Shown: piece after piece, positions 39,925 to 50,890 of the stretch | How positions within the stretch are numbered: the first letter of the stretch is position 1 | Layout: each line of letters opens with the position of its first letter | Assembly (NCBI GenBank): GCA_029261055.1 | Contig: JAJDCA010000014.1 | Coordinates: 143,984 to 207,983 of the forward strand | Reading direction: 5' to 3' | From: Candidatus Omnitrophota bacterium | GTDB lineage: Bacteria > Omnitrophota > Gorgyraeia > Zapsychrales > Zapsychraceae | DNA length: 64,000 nucleotides | Translations under genes and position numbers: made by a program | Notes under the pieces: generated by a model | What the model saw: the letters and a program-made list of their open reading frames with translations, nothing else | Told to the model about the DNA's origin: nothing | Databases searched by the model: none

Positions 39925-40320
39925 TTCCTTCCACCCATCAAATAGGTGTTTAAGAAATTTTTCTTTATGTAGGTTGAAGGCATGTTGTAAAATTAATTCT
40001 TGGGTTTCCTCCCCGGTGTTGTAGAAAGAAACGCCAATTTGGTTTTCTTTGCCTTCTTTTTTGGCCCAGAGAATATTTCCATTAAGATTAACGGTTGTTT
40101 TTGGTGATAGGTAAACGGTTAATTTAATTTTTTGGTTGGGGGCAAACTTAGTATCTGAAGTAATACAAGCCCCAGCACAACTTAGGTCTTGGGTATAACC
40201 TTCGTACGTTTCTTTGGTTTTGTCTAATTGATAGGAGACAGCATTTTTAACTTCCCATCGTGGAAAATACCTTTGATCAGAATCAGTTGCGGCATTTTCA
40301 TCTGTTTTATGTGAAGACAT
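39922..40320 (-). CDS. Single-domain PilZ protein (c-di-GMP receptor)
   Basis: RYFPR (RxxxR) and DLSCAG (DxSxxG); start moved to ATG 40320 after a G-rich RBS. Confidence 0.88.
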   Translation of the reverse strand: MSSHKTDENAATDSDQRYFPRWEVKNAVSYQLDKTKETYEGYTQDLSCAGACITSDTKFAPNQKIKLTVYLSPKTTVNLNGNILWAKKEGKENQIGVSFYNTGEETQELILQHAFNLHKEKFLKHLFDGWKE

Positions 40321-40532
40321 ATATTCCCCCCTTTCTGGAAAAGGTTTGATGATTGTATGAATAGTTAATAAGAAATAAAAAAAAGCCACAAAACTTTTAT
40401 AACGTTCCGTGGCTATTTTTAAAATAGCATATTAAATTATTGAATGCAAGGTCTATTTAATAAATTTTCTTGTGTAAATGAAATTTAAAGAATCTTGACA
40501 TGTCCTGACGAGGATGATAAAAAAGTCTTATT

Positions 40533-40916
40533 ATGGAGAAAAGAATTTATTATCATGATACCGATGCTGGCGGGGTGGTTTATTACGGGAATTATTTAAA
40601 ATTTCTAGAAGAATCCCGCACAGAATTTCTTGAACAAAAAGGTTTAGATATTACTGCATTAGCCCAAGCAGGTTTTCATTATGCTGTTCGGAAATGTTCC
40701 ATTGTTTACAAGAGTCCGGCAAGGTATGGTGATGTTATTATTTGTGAGGCACAGTTAAAAAAAATAACAGCAGCACAGTTTATCTTTGATCAGAAAGTTT
40801 ATGAAAAAAATAGTAAACGTCTCCTCGTTGAGGCGGAAGTAACCCTCGTTAGTTTGTCTCGGGAATTTAAACCCATACCTATTCCTGCGGAAATAAAATT
40901 GAAACTACATAAATAA
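40533..40916 (+). CDS. ybgC: YbgC/FadM-family acyl-CoA thioesterase
   Basis: RIYYHDTDAGGVVYYGNYLKFLEESR hot-dog motif. Confidence 0.88.
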   Translation: MEKRIYYHDTDAGGVVYYGNYLKFLEESRTEFLEQKGLDITALAQAGFHYAVRKCSIVYKSPARYGDVIICEAQLKKITAAQFIFDQKVYEKNSKRLLVEAEVTLVSLSREFKPIPIPAEIKLKLHK

Positions 40917-40930
40917 AGGCAGAAAACTCT

Positions 40931-43900
40931 ATGACTAATACGCAATCCAAGAAATTCTATTTTTTTATTTTTTTATTTTTCTTTTTGTCTGGAGCTACAG
41001 GACTTGTATATCAGGTCATCTGGGCCAAATATTTATCTAACATTTTTGGAAGTACAGCGTATGCCCATACAATTGTGTTAGCCGTGTTTATGGGAGGATT
41101 GGCGTATGGAAATTATTTGCTTGGTAGAATTGCAGATCGTTTTAAAGGGAATTTATTGTATTTGTATGGGGTGATTGAATTGATTATTGGCATTTATTGT
41201 ATGTTTTATCCTAATATTGCAAATTTACTGGAGACCGTCTATCAGAATATTGCTTGGCATTTTCATCTTTCATCAACCAGCAAAAGTCTATTGGCGTTAC
41301 AATTCTTTTTTAATAGTGTGAATATTTTTATTCCAACTATGTTGATGGGAGGGACCCTCCCGATTATGGCGAAATTTATTACACACAAGAAGACGGAAAT
41401 TCTCAATAAAATTTCTATCCTTTATTTTATTAATAGTGTAGGTGCTGTTTTTGGGAGCCTTCTTTGCGGTTTTTTTCTCATTCGACTATGGGGGTTAGAT
41501 ACAAGTATTTCCGTTGCTGCGAGTATTAATGTTTTAATAGGGTTTTTGAGTATCGGTATTTCTAAGAGGGGCGGGAGGGTTTTAGGCGCATCGGATGTAA
41601 CCGAACAAACTTCATCCGAAAGAGATGTAGCATTGGAAGAATATAAACCGTCTTTTCGAAAAATTATTATTTTTGCGATTGGGATGAGTGGTTTTGTATC
41701 CATGCTTTACGAGGTTATGTGGATCAGGACATTGACACAGCTTTTCGGTTCGTCAGTCTATTCCTTTTCTCTTGTTGTGGCCGCTTTTATTGCTGGAATA
41801 AGTTTGGGTAGCTGGTGGTTAGCTAAAAATGCAATAAAAATAAAAGAAAAATATTATTTCTTTGGGGTCGTGCAAGCTTTAATTGCCATCACAATGTGTT
41901 TTTGTGTGTTGAGCATTAATCATTTTACTGAATGGGTTTGGTTTTTGTACCAGACTTTTAATACAAGAGAGTTTGTTTATCCCATATTTCTCTTTGCAAA
42001 GTTTTTTCTCGTATTTTTGATATTATTGTTGCCGACATTTTTTATTGGGATCACATTGCCTTTGGCAGGGTCCATATGTGCGAAAAGTCTAAAAATTCTA
42101 GGACGGGACGTAGGTAATGTGTTTTCGATCAATACTTTGGGGGCTCTATTTGGCACCGCCATAGCCGGGCTTATTTTATTGCCCAATATTGGCATTCTTA
42201 ATAGTTTTTATATCGGGATATTGATTAATTTAATTTTGGCGCTAATCCTTTTTCTGAGTTTGCGGCAAAAGAAATCGTTGCGAAATGCTTTGGGTGTTTT
42301 CGTTGTTTTCATCAGCCTATTAATATTTCAGCCGTTAAGTTTAGATAATAACTTGATGTTGACAAGCCTTTTTCGTTACAAAGCAAACGGGCAAATTAAC
42401 TTTTCAGAATATTTTAATTTGATAACGAATAAAAGGAAAATTCTTTATTATAAAGAAGGGCTAAATGGCAACGTTGCTGTTACAAAGATGGGAGATCAGA
42501 AGACTTTGTTTATTAATGGCAAACCAGATGCTTCATCAACTGGGGATATGCCAACACAATTATTGTCAGGACATCTTCCCGCATTATTGCATAAAAATCC
42601 GCGTAAGGTTCTTGTCATTGGTTTTGGAAGTGGTGTAACGGTTGGCGCATTGACGCGGCATTCTTCTATTGAACAAATTGATGTTTTAGAAATTTCTCCT
42701 GCAGTGATCGGAGCTGGAAAATTTTTTAAAGAGGTTAATAATGATTGTCTGAATAATAAAAAAGTTAATGTTATTATTGATGACGCAAAGAATTTTCTTT
42801 CCATAAATAAAGAAAAATATGATCTTATAATTAGTGAACCAACAAATCCTTGGACCGCAGGGACGGCTTCTTTACTGACGGTTGAATCATTTAAACGCAT
42901 TAAAAAATCTTTAAAGGAAGGTGGAATTATTCTGCAATGGTTTCATACCTATGAAATGAGTAATGATTTATTTCGAAGCATTGGAGCGAGTTTTACACAT
43001 GTTTTTCCAAAAGTAAGTGTTTGGCAGCCGGCTAATGGGGATTGTTTTTTCATCGGAAGCATGGAAGGAATCGACGGGAACCCTTTTAGGATGCAAACAG
43101 CTATTCAACAAAATGATGAGGTTAAGCAAAGTTTAAGACAAATCCATGCAGACAATATTTACAGCATCTTAAGTACACAGGTTTTATCTGCTCAAAAAAC
43201 ATATGAATTGTTTTACCGGAAGGCATTATTAAATGAAGACCGTTACCCGATTATCGAATTTAATGCGCCTCGAGCTTTTTTTCTTCGTAAGAGAGTGACT
43301 CTTTTGCAGGAAGCAGATGAACGTATTCATTTTGACAAGGCTAACAGTCTTATTTTGTCGCAGTTTCTTTCCCAAAAAGAATTAAATAATCAAGACATTA
43401 TGGATGTGTATCATTTTATGAAGACATCGAGGGTTTCACTTGTGAACCCTTTTCTTGAACATTATTTAGATACATTACTTTCAATGTCAGAAGATAAAAT
43501 TTCAGAAAAATTATTTCTTGAAATAAAGAAAAATGAACAACAAAGTCGTATTCAAATGTTAGAAAGGCTTAAAGAATTAAAAACGGAAAACCCCAATTCG
43601 TATGCAACTTTTCAGGCTTACCGTAAGGGATTGCAACATGAATATTTAGTGCGCCGTTCAATTTTTTTCAAGAATGAGGAGATGTATCAAGAAATTGAAC
43701 AATTAATTCTTGAGGGGGTAAATACATATCATGAGCATAAATATGAGTTGATCCTTCAGCTAGCAGATTTTTTTGCAGATCAGCATGAATATGAAAAATC
43801 GTTAGAAAAATATTTTGAAATTATCGTTTCAGGGGCACAAAATAATACAACAGAAAATAAAGGAGTTGTGAAGGCTGCTTTATTGAGGGTGAAGGATATG

Positions 43901-44008
43901 AGTTTAAAATACAATGATGTCGGAAGTCTTGTTAAAGTACGTGAATTAGCCGTAAAAATTTTTCCTGATGACGAGCGATTACTTCGGGACATTAGAAAAA
44001 ATAATTAA
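40931..44008 (+). CDS. Fused multi-TM membrane domain / spermidine synthase-like SAM-dependent domain with helical C-terminus
   Basis: SGATGLVYQVIW repeats with many TM helices, then VLVIGFGSGVT, DDAKNFL, DLIISEPTNPW. Confidence 0.85.
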   Translation: MTNTQSKKFYFFIFLFFFLSGATGLVYQVIWAKYLSNIFGSTAYAHTIVLAVFMGGLAYGNYLLGRIADRFKGNLLYLYGVIELIIGIYCMFYPNIANLLETVYQNIAWHFHLSSTSKSLLALQFFFNSVNIFIPTMLMGGTLPIMAKFITHKKTEILNKISILYFINSVGAVFGSLLCGFFLIRLWGLDTSISVAASINVLIGFLSIGISKRGGRVLGASDVTEQTSSERDVALEEYKPSFRKIIIFAIGMSGFVSMLYEVMWIRTLTQLFGSSVYSFSLVVAAFIAGISLGSWWLAKNAIKIKEKYYFFGVVQALIAITMCFCVLSINHFTEWVWFLYQTFNTREFVYPIFLFAKFFLVFLILLLPTFFIGITLPLAGSICAKSLKILGRDVGNVFSINTLGALFGTAIAGLILLPNIGILNSFYIGILINLILALILFLSLRQKKSLRNALGVFVVFISLLIFQPLSLDNNLMLTSLFRYKANGQINFSEYFNLITNKRKILYYKEGLNGNVAVTKMGDQKTLFINGKPDASSTGDMPTQLLSGHLPALLHKNPRKVLVIGFGSGVTVGALTRHSSIEQIDVLEISPAVIGAGKFFKEVNNDCLNNKKVNVIIDDAKNFLSINKEKYDLIISEPTNPWTAGTASLLTVESFKRIKKSLKEGGIILQWFHTYEMSNDLFRSIGASFTHVFPKVSVWQPANGDCFFIGSMEGIDGNPFRMQTAIQQNDEVKQSLRQIHADNIYSILSTQVLSAQKTYELFYRKALLNEDRYPIIEFNAPRAFFLRKRVTLLQEADERIHFDKANSLILSQFLSQKELNNQDIMDVYHFMKTSRVSLVNPFLEHYLDTLLSMSEDKISEKLFLEIKKNEQQSRIQMLERLKELKTENPNSYATFQAYRKGLQHEYLVRRSIFFKNEEMYQEIEQLILEGVNTYHEHKYELILQLADFFADQHEYEKSLEKYFEIIVSGAQNNTTENKGVVKAALLRVKDMSLKYNDVGSLVKVRELAVKIFPDDERLLRDIRKNN

Positions 44009-44107
44009 TCAAGAATCAACATATTCAACATATTAAGCTTGAGTGTGCACCATAATAATGGTATCATAGCGCAAATTTTTTGAAATAGAATATTAAGGAA
44101 AAAAGGC

Positions 44108-44392
44108 ATGATTAGCGACAAGGATGTTAAGTACATTGCAGGGTTAGCCAGAATTCATTTGGAAGATGATCAAGTAACGCATTTGACAAAGGATTTGGAA
44201 GGTATTCTGCATTACATTGAAAAACTGAATAAATTAGATGTGACCCAAGTTGATCCGACCAGTCATGTATTACCTCTTAAGAATGTTTACCGTGAAGATG
44301 AAGTGAAACCTTCCTTATCTCAAGAAGAGGTTTTAAAATTTTCTGTGGAACAACGAGATGGATCTTTTAAAGTACCCAAGGTTATTGAATGA
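44108..44392 (+). CDS. gatC: Asp/Glu-tRNA amidotransferase subunit C
   Basis: [23 protein letters not shown]; precedes gatA. Confidence 0.95.
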   Translation: MISDKDVKYIAGLARIHLEDDQVTHLTKDLEGILHYIEKLNKLDVTQVDPTSHVLPLKNVYREDEVKPSLSQEEVLKFSVEQRDGSFKVPKVIE

Positions 44393-45831
44393 AGCTTAAC
44401 GCATTAACAGCCCACGAAATTTTAGATCTTATCAAGGATAAACAAACGACTCCGCAAGCTGTTTTGGATGAAGTCCAGCAACATATTAAACAGTCTGACA
44501 AAGATGTTCATGCGTATGTGCGGCTTGCCAAAAATTCTAATATTTCTGACGTCTCCGTAGATCAGAATGCTATTCCAATTCCCATTGGTATTAAAGATAA
44601 TATTTGTATTAAGGGCGAAGAAACGACATGTTGTTCAAAACTTTTGACAGGGTTTAAACCCCCTTACAATGCCACGGTGATTGAAAAGTTAAAGGCTTCG
44701 GGGGCGATGTTTGTCGGACATACAAACATGGATGAATTTGCTTTTGGTTCTTCGACGGAAAATTCTTTTTACGGTGTGACGCATAATCCATGGAATTTGG
44801 AATGTGTCCCTGGTGGTTCCAGTGGTGGGTCGGCTGCTGCTGTTGCGGCGAATGAAGCTATTTGGGCGATTGGATCAGATACTGGAGGATCGATTCGTCA
44901 ACCGGCCTCTTTTTGTGGTGTTGTTGGATTAAAACCAACGTATGGTCGTGTATCGCGTTACGGCCTTATTGCCTTTGCTTCAAGTTTAGATCAAATCGGT
45001 CCGCTCACTAAGGATGTGACGGATTCCGCTTTGTTATTAAATATTCTTGCCGGTCATGATTCTAAGGATTCTACATCGGTTGATCAACCTGTGCCGGATT
45101 ACACAAAGGCACTGACAAAGGATGTTAAAAATCTTAAAATCGGGGTGCCTAAAGAATATTTTGTTGAGGGAATGGATGCAGAAGTCAAAGCCTCTGTGAT
45201 GCAATCCATTGAAGTCCTTAAACAATGTGGCGCTCAATTTGTAGATGTTTCTTTGCCGCATACAGAATATGCGGTAGCGACGTATTACATTATTGCTACG
45301 GCTGAGGCCAGTTCTAATTTAGCGCGCTTTGATAGTGTGCAATATGGTTTGCGCCAGAATCCGGCCCAAAAACGCAAGACGACTCTTGTGGATATGTATG
45401 AAGAGTCGCGCAGTGTTGGATTTGGCGAAGAAGCTAAACGGCGAATTATGTTAGGAACCTATTCACTTTCTTCAGGATATTACGATGCGTATTATTTAAA
45501 AGGGCTTAAAGTCAGGACATTGATCAAGAATGATTTTGATAAAGCGTTTGAAAGCGTAGATGCGATTATTACGCCGACCTCACCGACAACAGCTTTTAAG
45601 ATAGGGGCCCGTGCAAAAAATCCTTTAGATATGTATCTTTCAGATATCTACACCATTTCGGCTAATTTGAGTGGCATTCCAGGCATATCTATTCCTTGCG
45701 GATTTTCTAAAGAAGGCTTACCAATTGGGTTGCAGATTTTAGCCAAACCTTTTGATGAAGAAATGTTGTTCCGTATTGCATACACGTTTGAGCAGAACAC
45801 GGAGTGGCATAAAAAGAAAGTTGGGTTTTAA
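44389..45831 (+). CDS. gatA: Asp/Glu-tRNA amidotransferase subunit A
   Basis: [35 protein letters not shown]. Confidence 0.98.
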   Translation: MKLNALTAHEILDLIKDKQTTPQAVLDEVQQHIKQSDKDVHAYVRLAKNSNISDVSVDQNAIPIPIGIKDNICIKGEETTCCSKLLTGFKPPYNATVIEKLKASGAMFVGHTNMDEFAFGSSTENSFYGVTHNPWNLECVPGGSSGGSAAAVAANEAIWAIGSDTGGSIRQPASFCGVVGLKPTYGRVSRYGLIAFASSLDQIGPLTKDVTDSALLLNILAGHDSKDSTSVDQPVPDYTKALTKDVKNLKIGVPKEYFVEGMDAEVKASVMQSIEVLKQCGAQFVDVSLPHTEYAVATYYIIATAEASSNLARFDSVQYGLRQNPAQKRKTTLVDMYEESRSVGFGEEAKRRIMLGTYSLSSGYYDAYYLKGLKVRTLIKNDFDKAFESVDAIITPTSPTTAFKIGARAKNPLDMYLSDIYTISANLSGIPGISIPCGFSKEGLPIGLQILAKPFDEEMLFRIAYTFEQNTEWHKKKVGF

Positions 45832-45832
45832 T

Positions 45833-45900
45833 TACGGGCATGATAAATCATGCCCGTACGGGGGGGTGTCATTTGTAGGGGCATGATTCATCATGCCCTT
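45833..45900. repeat. GTAG-type REP doublet
   Basis: TACGGGCATGAT-aa-ATCATGCCCGTA and GTAGGGGCATGA-ttca-TCATGCCC hairpins between gatA and gatB. Confidence 0.75.
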
Positions 45901-45917
45901 TAACGCCATTTAATTTT

Positions 45918-47357
45918 ATGAAATACGAAACAGTCATCGGTCTTGAAGTTCATTTGCAGTTGAGTACAAATACAAAGATTTTTTGTGGTTGTGCAAATAA
46001 GTTTGGTGAAGCGCCCAATACATTGACGTGTCCAGTTTGTTTGGGGCTTCCGGGAAGTCTTCCCGTCGTTAATAAAAAAGTTCTAGAGTACGGTATCAAG
46101 ATAGGTTCTGCTTTAAATTGTAAAATTAATTCTTTTGTAAAATTTGATCGTAAGAATTATTTTTATCCGGATTGTCCTAAAGATTACCAAATTTCTCAAT
46201 TTGATTTTCCTATTGCCTATGATGGCTTTGTTACTATTCCAATGGATGACAATGGAGAGAAAAAAATAACTATTCATCGTGCGCATTTAGAAGAAGATGC
46301 TGGAAAGCTTATTCATGATGCGCAAGCCAATTGTAGCTTAGTGGATTACAATCGAACGGGAACGCCTTTGGTGGAAATTGTTTCAGATCCAGATCTCCGG
46401 TCGCCTCAAGAGGCTTACGATTATTTGCAGGTTTTAAAATTAACACTGCAATATTTAAATGTCTCTGATTGTGATATGGAAAAAGGGAGTCTGCGATGTG
46501 ATGCTAATATTTCTATCCGCGAACAAGGCGATACCAAATTAGGAACTAAAACAGAATTAAAAAATATGAATTCTTTTAAGGCGGTTAAAGTAGCCTTGGA
46601 ATACGAAGAAAATCGCCAGCGGCAAGTTGTCGAAGCTGGTGATCGTGTTGTTCAGGAAACACGGTTATGGGACGATGCTAAAAATATGACATTGGTCATG
46701 CGTAGCAAAGAAGAAGCCCATGATTACCGTTATTTTCCAGAGCCGGACTTAGTGCCGTTTATTCAAGATGAAAAAATTATTGAAGAAATTCGCCAATCCA
46801 TTCCTGAACTTCCTGCGCAAAAATTAGAACGGGTTATTAAGGAATACCAAATTTCAGAATATGATGCAAAGATCATTATTCAGGATGCGTGTTTGGCTGG
46901 TTTTTTTGAAAATTGCACCAAGTATTACAAGGATACAAAGAAAATCTGTAATTGGATGAATGGAGCATTGCTTCAGGAAATCAATAGCCGCAAAACCACC
47001 ATTACAGACATAACATTAAAACCTGAAGACTTTTCGCTTTTGATTAAAAAAGTTGAGGAGGGGCTTATTAGTAATTTAGCCGGCAAAGATGTTTTGAAAT
47101 TTATGCTGGACACCGGAAAATCTGCCGATGTTCTTATTGAAGAAAAAGGATTAGCTCAAGTCTCTGACGACGGAGCTTTAAAAGAAATTATTCAGCAGGT
47201 TATTAGTGAAAACGAAAAAGTCGTTCAACAAATCAAAGAGGGAAAAGATAGCGCTGCTGGCTTTTTAGTCGGTCAAGCCATGAAAAAATCCAAAGGCAAA
47301 GCAAATCCCAAAAAAGTGGGTGAATTGATACGACAAATTTTAAAGGGGGATTCTTAA
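45918..47357 (+). CDS. gatB: Asp/Glu-tRNA amidotransferase subunit B
   Basis: IGLEVHLQL, RKNYFYPD, HLEEDAGK, YRYFPEPDL. Confidence 0.98.
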   Translation: MKYETVIGLEVHLQLSTNTKIFCGCANKFGEAPNTLTCPVCLGLPGSLPVVNKKVLEYGIKIGSALNCKINSFVKFDRKNYFYPDCPKDYQISQFDFPIAYDGFVTIPMDDNGEKKITIHRAHLEEDAGKLIHDAQANCSLVDYNRTGTPLVEIVSDPDLRSPQEAYDYLQVLKLTLQYLNVSDCDMEKGSLRCDANISIREQGDTKLGTKTELKNMNSFKAVKVALEYEENRQRQVVEAGDRVVQETRLWDDAKNMTLVMRSKEEAHDYRYFPEPDLVPFIQDEKIIEEIRQSIPELPAQKLERVIKEYQISEYDAKIIIQDACLAGFFENCTKYYKDTKKICNWMNGALLQEINSRKTTITDITLKPEDFSLLIKKVEEGLISNLAGKDVLKFMLDTGKSADVLIEEKGLAQVSDDGALKEIIQQVISENEKVVQQIKEGKDSAAGFLVGQAMKKSKGKANPKKVGELIRQILKGDS

Positions 47358-48700
47358 TGACTAAGAAATTTTTTACAGGTATTGCAACCGTCATTGTTCT
47401 TTTTTCTTTAACAACGCTGGCTGTATCTCAAATTGATCGCAAGACAAAAGATGATCTGTATTCTCAAATAGAGCTTTTTAGTTACACGCTTACAACGATT
47501 CAATCTGATTATGTGGAGGAGCTATCTCCGAAAGATCTTATTTATGGATCTTTAAAAGGAATGTTGGCCACGTTAGATCCGCATAGCCAGTTTCTTGATC
47601 CAGACGAATACAAAGAGTTAAAAACAGAGACACGCGGTAAGTTTGGAGGGTTAGGGATTGAAATTTCTATTCGTGACGGACTGCTTACGGTTATTACCCC
47701 TATTGAAGATACGCCAGCTTGGCGCGCAGGGATGCAATCCATGGATCGTATTGTTAAAATTGAGGGCGAGCTGACAAAAGATATTACCTTAGGCGACGCT
47801 GTTAAAAAAATGCGTGGTAAGCCGGGCACAGAAATAACCATCACTGTTTTGCGAGAGTCGGAGGGGGAAATCTTAGATATCACAATTACCCGTGAGGTCA
47901 TTCATATTCAAGATGTTAAGCATACACAAATTCTGAAAGACAATGTGGGATACGTTCGTTTAGCTGAGTTTCGTGAAGATTCAGCTAAAGAATTTCGCAA
48001 GGCTTTAGATGAATTAGATGATCTTGGAGCCGATAGTCTTATTTTGGATTTGCGGAATAATCCTGGGGGACTTCTAAATGTCGCTATTCGTATTACAGAG
48101 GAATTTCTTGGAGAGGGAAAGACAATTGTTTCAACCAGGGGTCGTCATCAAACACAAAATACAGTGACGCTATCCAAAAATCGGAATCATCTTATTGATT
48201 GGCCGATGGTTGTTTTGATCAATGAAGGCAGCGCTTCGGGAAGTGAAATTTTAGCTGGGGCTTTAAAAGATAACCATCGTGCGATTACGTTGGGATCAAA
48301 GTCTTTTGGAAAAGGATCGGTGCAGTCTGTGATTCCTTTGCCGGATGGGTCCGGCTTGAGGCTTACAACCAGTAAATATTTTACACCGTCCGGAGAGTCT
48401 ATTCATGGCAAAGGGATTGAGCCGGATATTGTTGTGGAAAGAATTATTCCTAAAAAAGACGAAAAAGATGAAAAAGAGAAAAAGATCGATGAAATTTTTG
48501 AAGATCTTGAATCGCGTGAGAAAAAAGAAAAGAAAAAGAAAGAAAATGGGGAAGATGATATTACAAAAAAGACAAGAGAAGTTCACGAGCGATTGTTAAG
48601 TGACAATCAAGTCCAAAGCGCGATTAGTGTTTTAAAAGGAATCAAGGTGTTTGAACGGTTTGAAAATATTGAGTTAGGATTGGATGAAGATGAGGGGTAA
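47357..48700 (+). CDS. ctpA: C-terminal processing peptidase (S41A)
   Basis: LDPHS, FGGLGIEI PDZ, DLRNNPGGLL, SASGSEILAGAL, GKGSVQ. Confidence 0.93.
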   Translation: MTKKFFTGIATVIVLFSLTTLAVSQIDRKTKDDLYSQIELFSYTLTTIQSDYVEELSPKDLIYGSLKGMLATLDPHSQFLDPDEYKELKTETRGKFGGLGIEISIRDGLLTVITPIEDTPAWRAGMQSMDRIVKIEGELTKDITLGDAVKKMRGKPGTEITITVLRESEGEILDITITREVIHIQDVKHTQILKDNVGYVRLAEFREDSAKEFRKALDELDDLGADSLILDLRNNPGGLLNVAIRITEEFLGEGKTIVSTRGRHQTQNTVTLSKNRNHLIDWPMVVLINEGSASGSEILAGALKDNHRAITLGSKSFGKGSVQSVIPLPDGSGLRLTTSKYFTPSGESIHGKGIEPDIVVERIIPKKDEKDEKEKKIDEIFEDLESREKKEKKKKENGEDDITKKTREVHERLLSDNQVQSAISVLKGIKVFERFENIELGLDEDEG

Positions 48701-48718
48701 TAGGCAAAGTGACGATCG

Positions 48719-49696
48719 ATGGTGATCCTTGGCATAGAAACATCTTGTGATGAAACAGCAGCGGCCGTTGTCAAAGATGGAAAAGAAGTTTTCTCCAATG
48801 TAGTCATGTCCAGCCTGAAAGAACATAAGAAATTTGGCGGGATTATTCCAGAGTTGGCGTCTCGGAGGCAGCTTGAATGGATTCAGACGGTTGTTAAACG
48901 GGCCCTAAAAGTAGCAGACCTTACATTAGACGATATTGATGCTGTTGCCGTGACATCACGGCCGGGGCTGATCGGATCTCTTTTAGTGGGTATTTCATTC
49001 AGTAGAGCTTTAAGTTTTTCTTTGAACAAACCGCTCATTAACGTCGATCACATCAAAGCCCATTTGTATGCAAATTTTTTAAGGCAATCATCTGCGGAAG
49101 AGTACCCACAATTACCGGTTGTGGGGTTGGTTGTTTCTGGCGGGCATACATCTTTGTACCATATCAAGAATTTTGATCAATTTAAACTTTTAGGGCAGAC
49201 ACGCGATGATGCGGTGGGAGAATCTTTTGACAAAGTCGCACGGATTTTAGACTTGGGGTATCCTGGTGGACCGGCCATTGACCGTTTGGCGAAAGGTGTT
49301 CAACCTACCGGGCAGATACGGTTTAAATGTGCTGATTTACCCAAGACGTATGATTTTAGTTTTAGCGGCATAAAGACGGCCGTTCTTTATTACGCTCGTG
49401 ATCACAAAACACAGAAGGATTTTGATGTGGCTGCCGTTGTCCAAGCATTTCAACAAATTGTTGTTTCTGTTTTGGTTAAGAAGAGTATTTATGCATGTCA
49501 AGAATTAAAGACCAAATCACTTGTCGTTGGTGGCGGTGTTGCGGCCAATTCGCTTCTTCGCAAACAACTCATGCACGAAGCAAAGTTGCAGGGCATAAAG
49601 GTATTTTTTCCATCAATGTCTTTATGTATGGATAATGCTGCGATGATTGCGGGATTAGGGTATTGGAGTAGGGAAAAGCAAGAAGCAAAGTTGTAA
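48719..49696 (+). CDS. tsaD: tRNA threonylcarbamoyladenosine biosynthesis protein TsaD
   Basis: LGIETSCDET, HIKAH, VSGGHT, GESFDK, DNAAMI. Confidence 0.97.
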   Translation: MVILGIETSCDETAAAVVKDGKEVFSNVVMSSLKEHKKFGGIIPELASRRQLEWIQTVVKRALKVADLTLDDIDAVAVTSRPGLIGSLLVGISFSRALSFSLNKPLINVDHIKAHLYANFLRQSSAEEYPQLPVVGLVVSGGHTSLYHIKNFDQFKLLGQTRDDAVGESFDKVARILDLGYPGGPAIDRLAKGVQPTGQIRFKCADLPKTYDFSFSGIKTAVLYYARDHKTQKDFDVAAVVQAFQQIVVSVLVKKSIYACQELKTKSLVVGGGVAANSLLRKQLMHEAKLQGIKVFFPSMSLCMDNAAMIAGLGYWSREKQEAKL

Positions 49697-49784
49697 GAAG
49701 CAAGAGGCAAAGAGGTAAAAAAATAAATTTGATTTTTTGGTTTTTCTCTGCATCTTATTTCTTTGCTACTCTGTTTCTTTAAAG
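49674..49784. repeat. Degenerate 7-8-mer inverted repeat element, copy B
   Basis: aagc-aagaagc-aaagttgt-aagaagc-aagaggc-aaagaggt ... ctctgc-atcttatt-tctttgc-tactctgt-ttctttaaag; overlaps the tsaD 3' end. Confidence 0.7.
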
Positions 49785-49796
49785 CGAGGAGGAGAT

Positions 49797-50246
49797 ATGT
49801 TTACAGGCACTACAGAAATATTTATTAAAATTATTTTGGCTATTGTATTAAGTGGCCTTATTGGTTTGGAACGGGAGCTTCGTCAGAAGGGGGCAGGATT
49901 ACGGACGCATATCCTTGTAGGTGTCGGTTCAACCCTTATTGTTTTGACGTCATTACATCTGTTTGATATGTACAAGGACGTAACCATTGTCGATCCTACG
50001 CGCATGATTACAGGAATTGTTACTGGGATTGGTTTTTTGTGTGCAGGGACCATTATTCGTTCTGGAGATCAGGTGAAAGGATTAACGACTGCAGCAACAC
50101 TTTGGATCGTTTCCGGTGTTGGAATAGCTGTTGGGGCAGGGCATTACAGTGCTGCCACCGTTGTTTCCAGCATTGTTTGTCTTGTTTTAATTATTGTTAG
50201 GAGTCTTGAAATAAAAATTGCTAAGAAAGTTAGACATCGTCATTGA
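49797..50246 (+). CDS. mgtC: MgtC/SapB family membrane protein
   Basis: IGLERE, AGLRTH, GIGFLCAG, GLTTAATLW; start moved to ATG 49797 after GAGGAGG. Confidence 0.9.
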   Translation: MFTGTTEIFIKIILAIVLSGLIGLERELRQKGAGLRTHILVGVGSTLIVLTSLHLFDMYKDVTIVDPTRMITGIVTGIGFLCAGTIIRSGDQVKGLTTAATLWIVSGVGIAVGAGHYSAATVVSSIVCLVLIIVRSLEIKIAKKVRHRH

Positions 50247-50261
50247 GCAGGAGGGTAAACT

Positions 50262-50780
50262 ATGGGATTAAGACATCGAAAACAGTCACGTGAAACTGAA
50301 GAAGATAAGACGATTGAAATTAGTGCTCAGATGCAGGGGTCACTGGTATTTAAAGATCCGATTGATTTGAAGATAAATGGCAATTTTGATGGGAGCCTGG
50401 AAGCCAGAGGGACGGTTACGATTGGAGAAACATCTAGCGTTGAGGCTGATGTCAGTGCAGACAATATTGTCATTGCGGGAAAGATTACAGGCAATATTAA
50501 GGCGAGCAAAATGTTGGTGCTTATGCCAACAGCTGTCTTAAAAGGAGACATTTCGACACCCAAGTTGAATATTGTTGAAGGCGCCATTTTTCATGGCAAT
50601 TGTCAAATGGTGGATGATTTATTAGGGATTGATGAAGTGTCGAGATATCTTGAAATTGACATTAATGAAATTGAAGAGCTCGCAAAATCTGGTCGTATCC
50701 CTGGGTTAAAAAAGGGAGAAGATTGGAAATTTGAACGCAATCAAATCGACAATTGGGCTTCTTCGGGAAAATTGAAATAA
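50262..50780 (+). CDS. Bactofilin fused to C-terminal excisionase-type (HTH_17) DNA-binding domain
   Basis: Beta-helix LKINGNFDG/VTIGE/IVIAGKITGNI/GDISTPKLNIVEGAIFHGNCQM, then LGIDEVSRYL...GRIPGLKKGEDWKF. Confidence 0.82.
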   Translation: MGLRHRKQSRETEEDKTIEISAQMQGSLVFKDPIDLKINGNFDGSLEARGTVTIGETSSVEADVSADNIVIAGKITGNIKASKMLVLMPTAVLKGDISTPKLNIVEGAIFHGNCQMVDDLLGIDEVSRYLEIDINEIEELAKSGRIPGLKKGEDWKFERNQIDNWASSGKLK

Positions 50781-50787
50781 TAGAATA

Positions 50788-50886
50788 AAAGAAGCAAAGG
50801 TGTAAAGAGGCAAGATGCAGAGACAAAAAAGTCAGTAGAGATTTTAAATCTTTGCTTCTTGTTTCTTATTCCTCTGCTTCTCTAAA
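50788..50886. repeat. Degenerate 7-8-mer inverted repeat element, copy C
   Basis: aaagaagc-aaaggtgt-aaagaggc-aagatgc-agag ... ctttgc-ttcttgt-ttcttatt-cctctgc-ttctct. Confidence 0.7.
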
Positions 50887-50890
50887 AAAA

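Noticed and set aside
49737-49796. N-terminal extensions of MgtC (from 49737) and of the HTH-TM protein (from 50852) in the ORF track
   Set aside because: They are translations of the repeat's pyrimidine arm; better ATG starts lie at 49797 and 50891.
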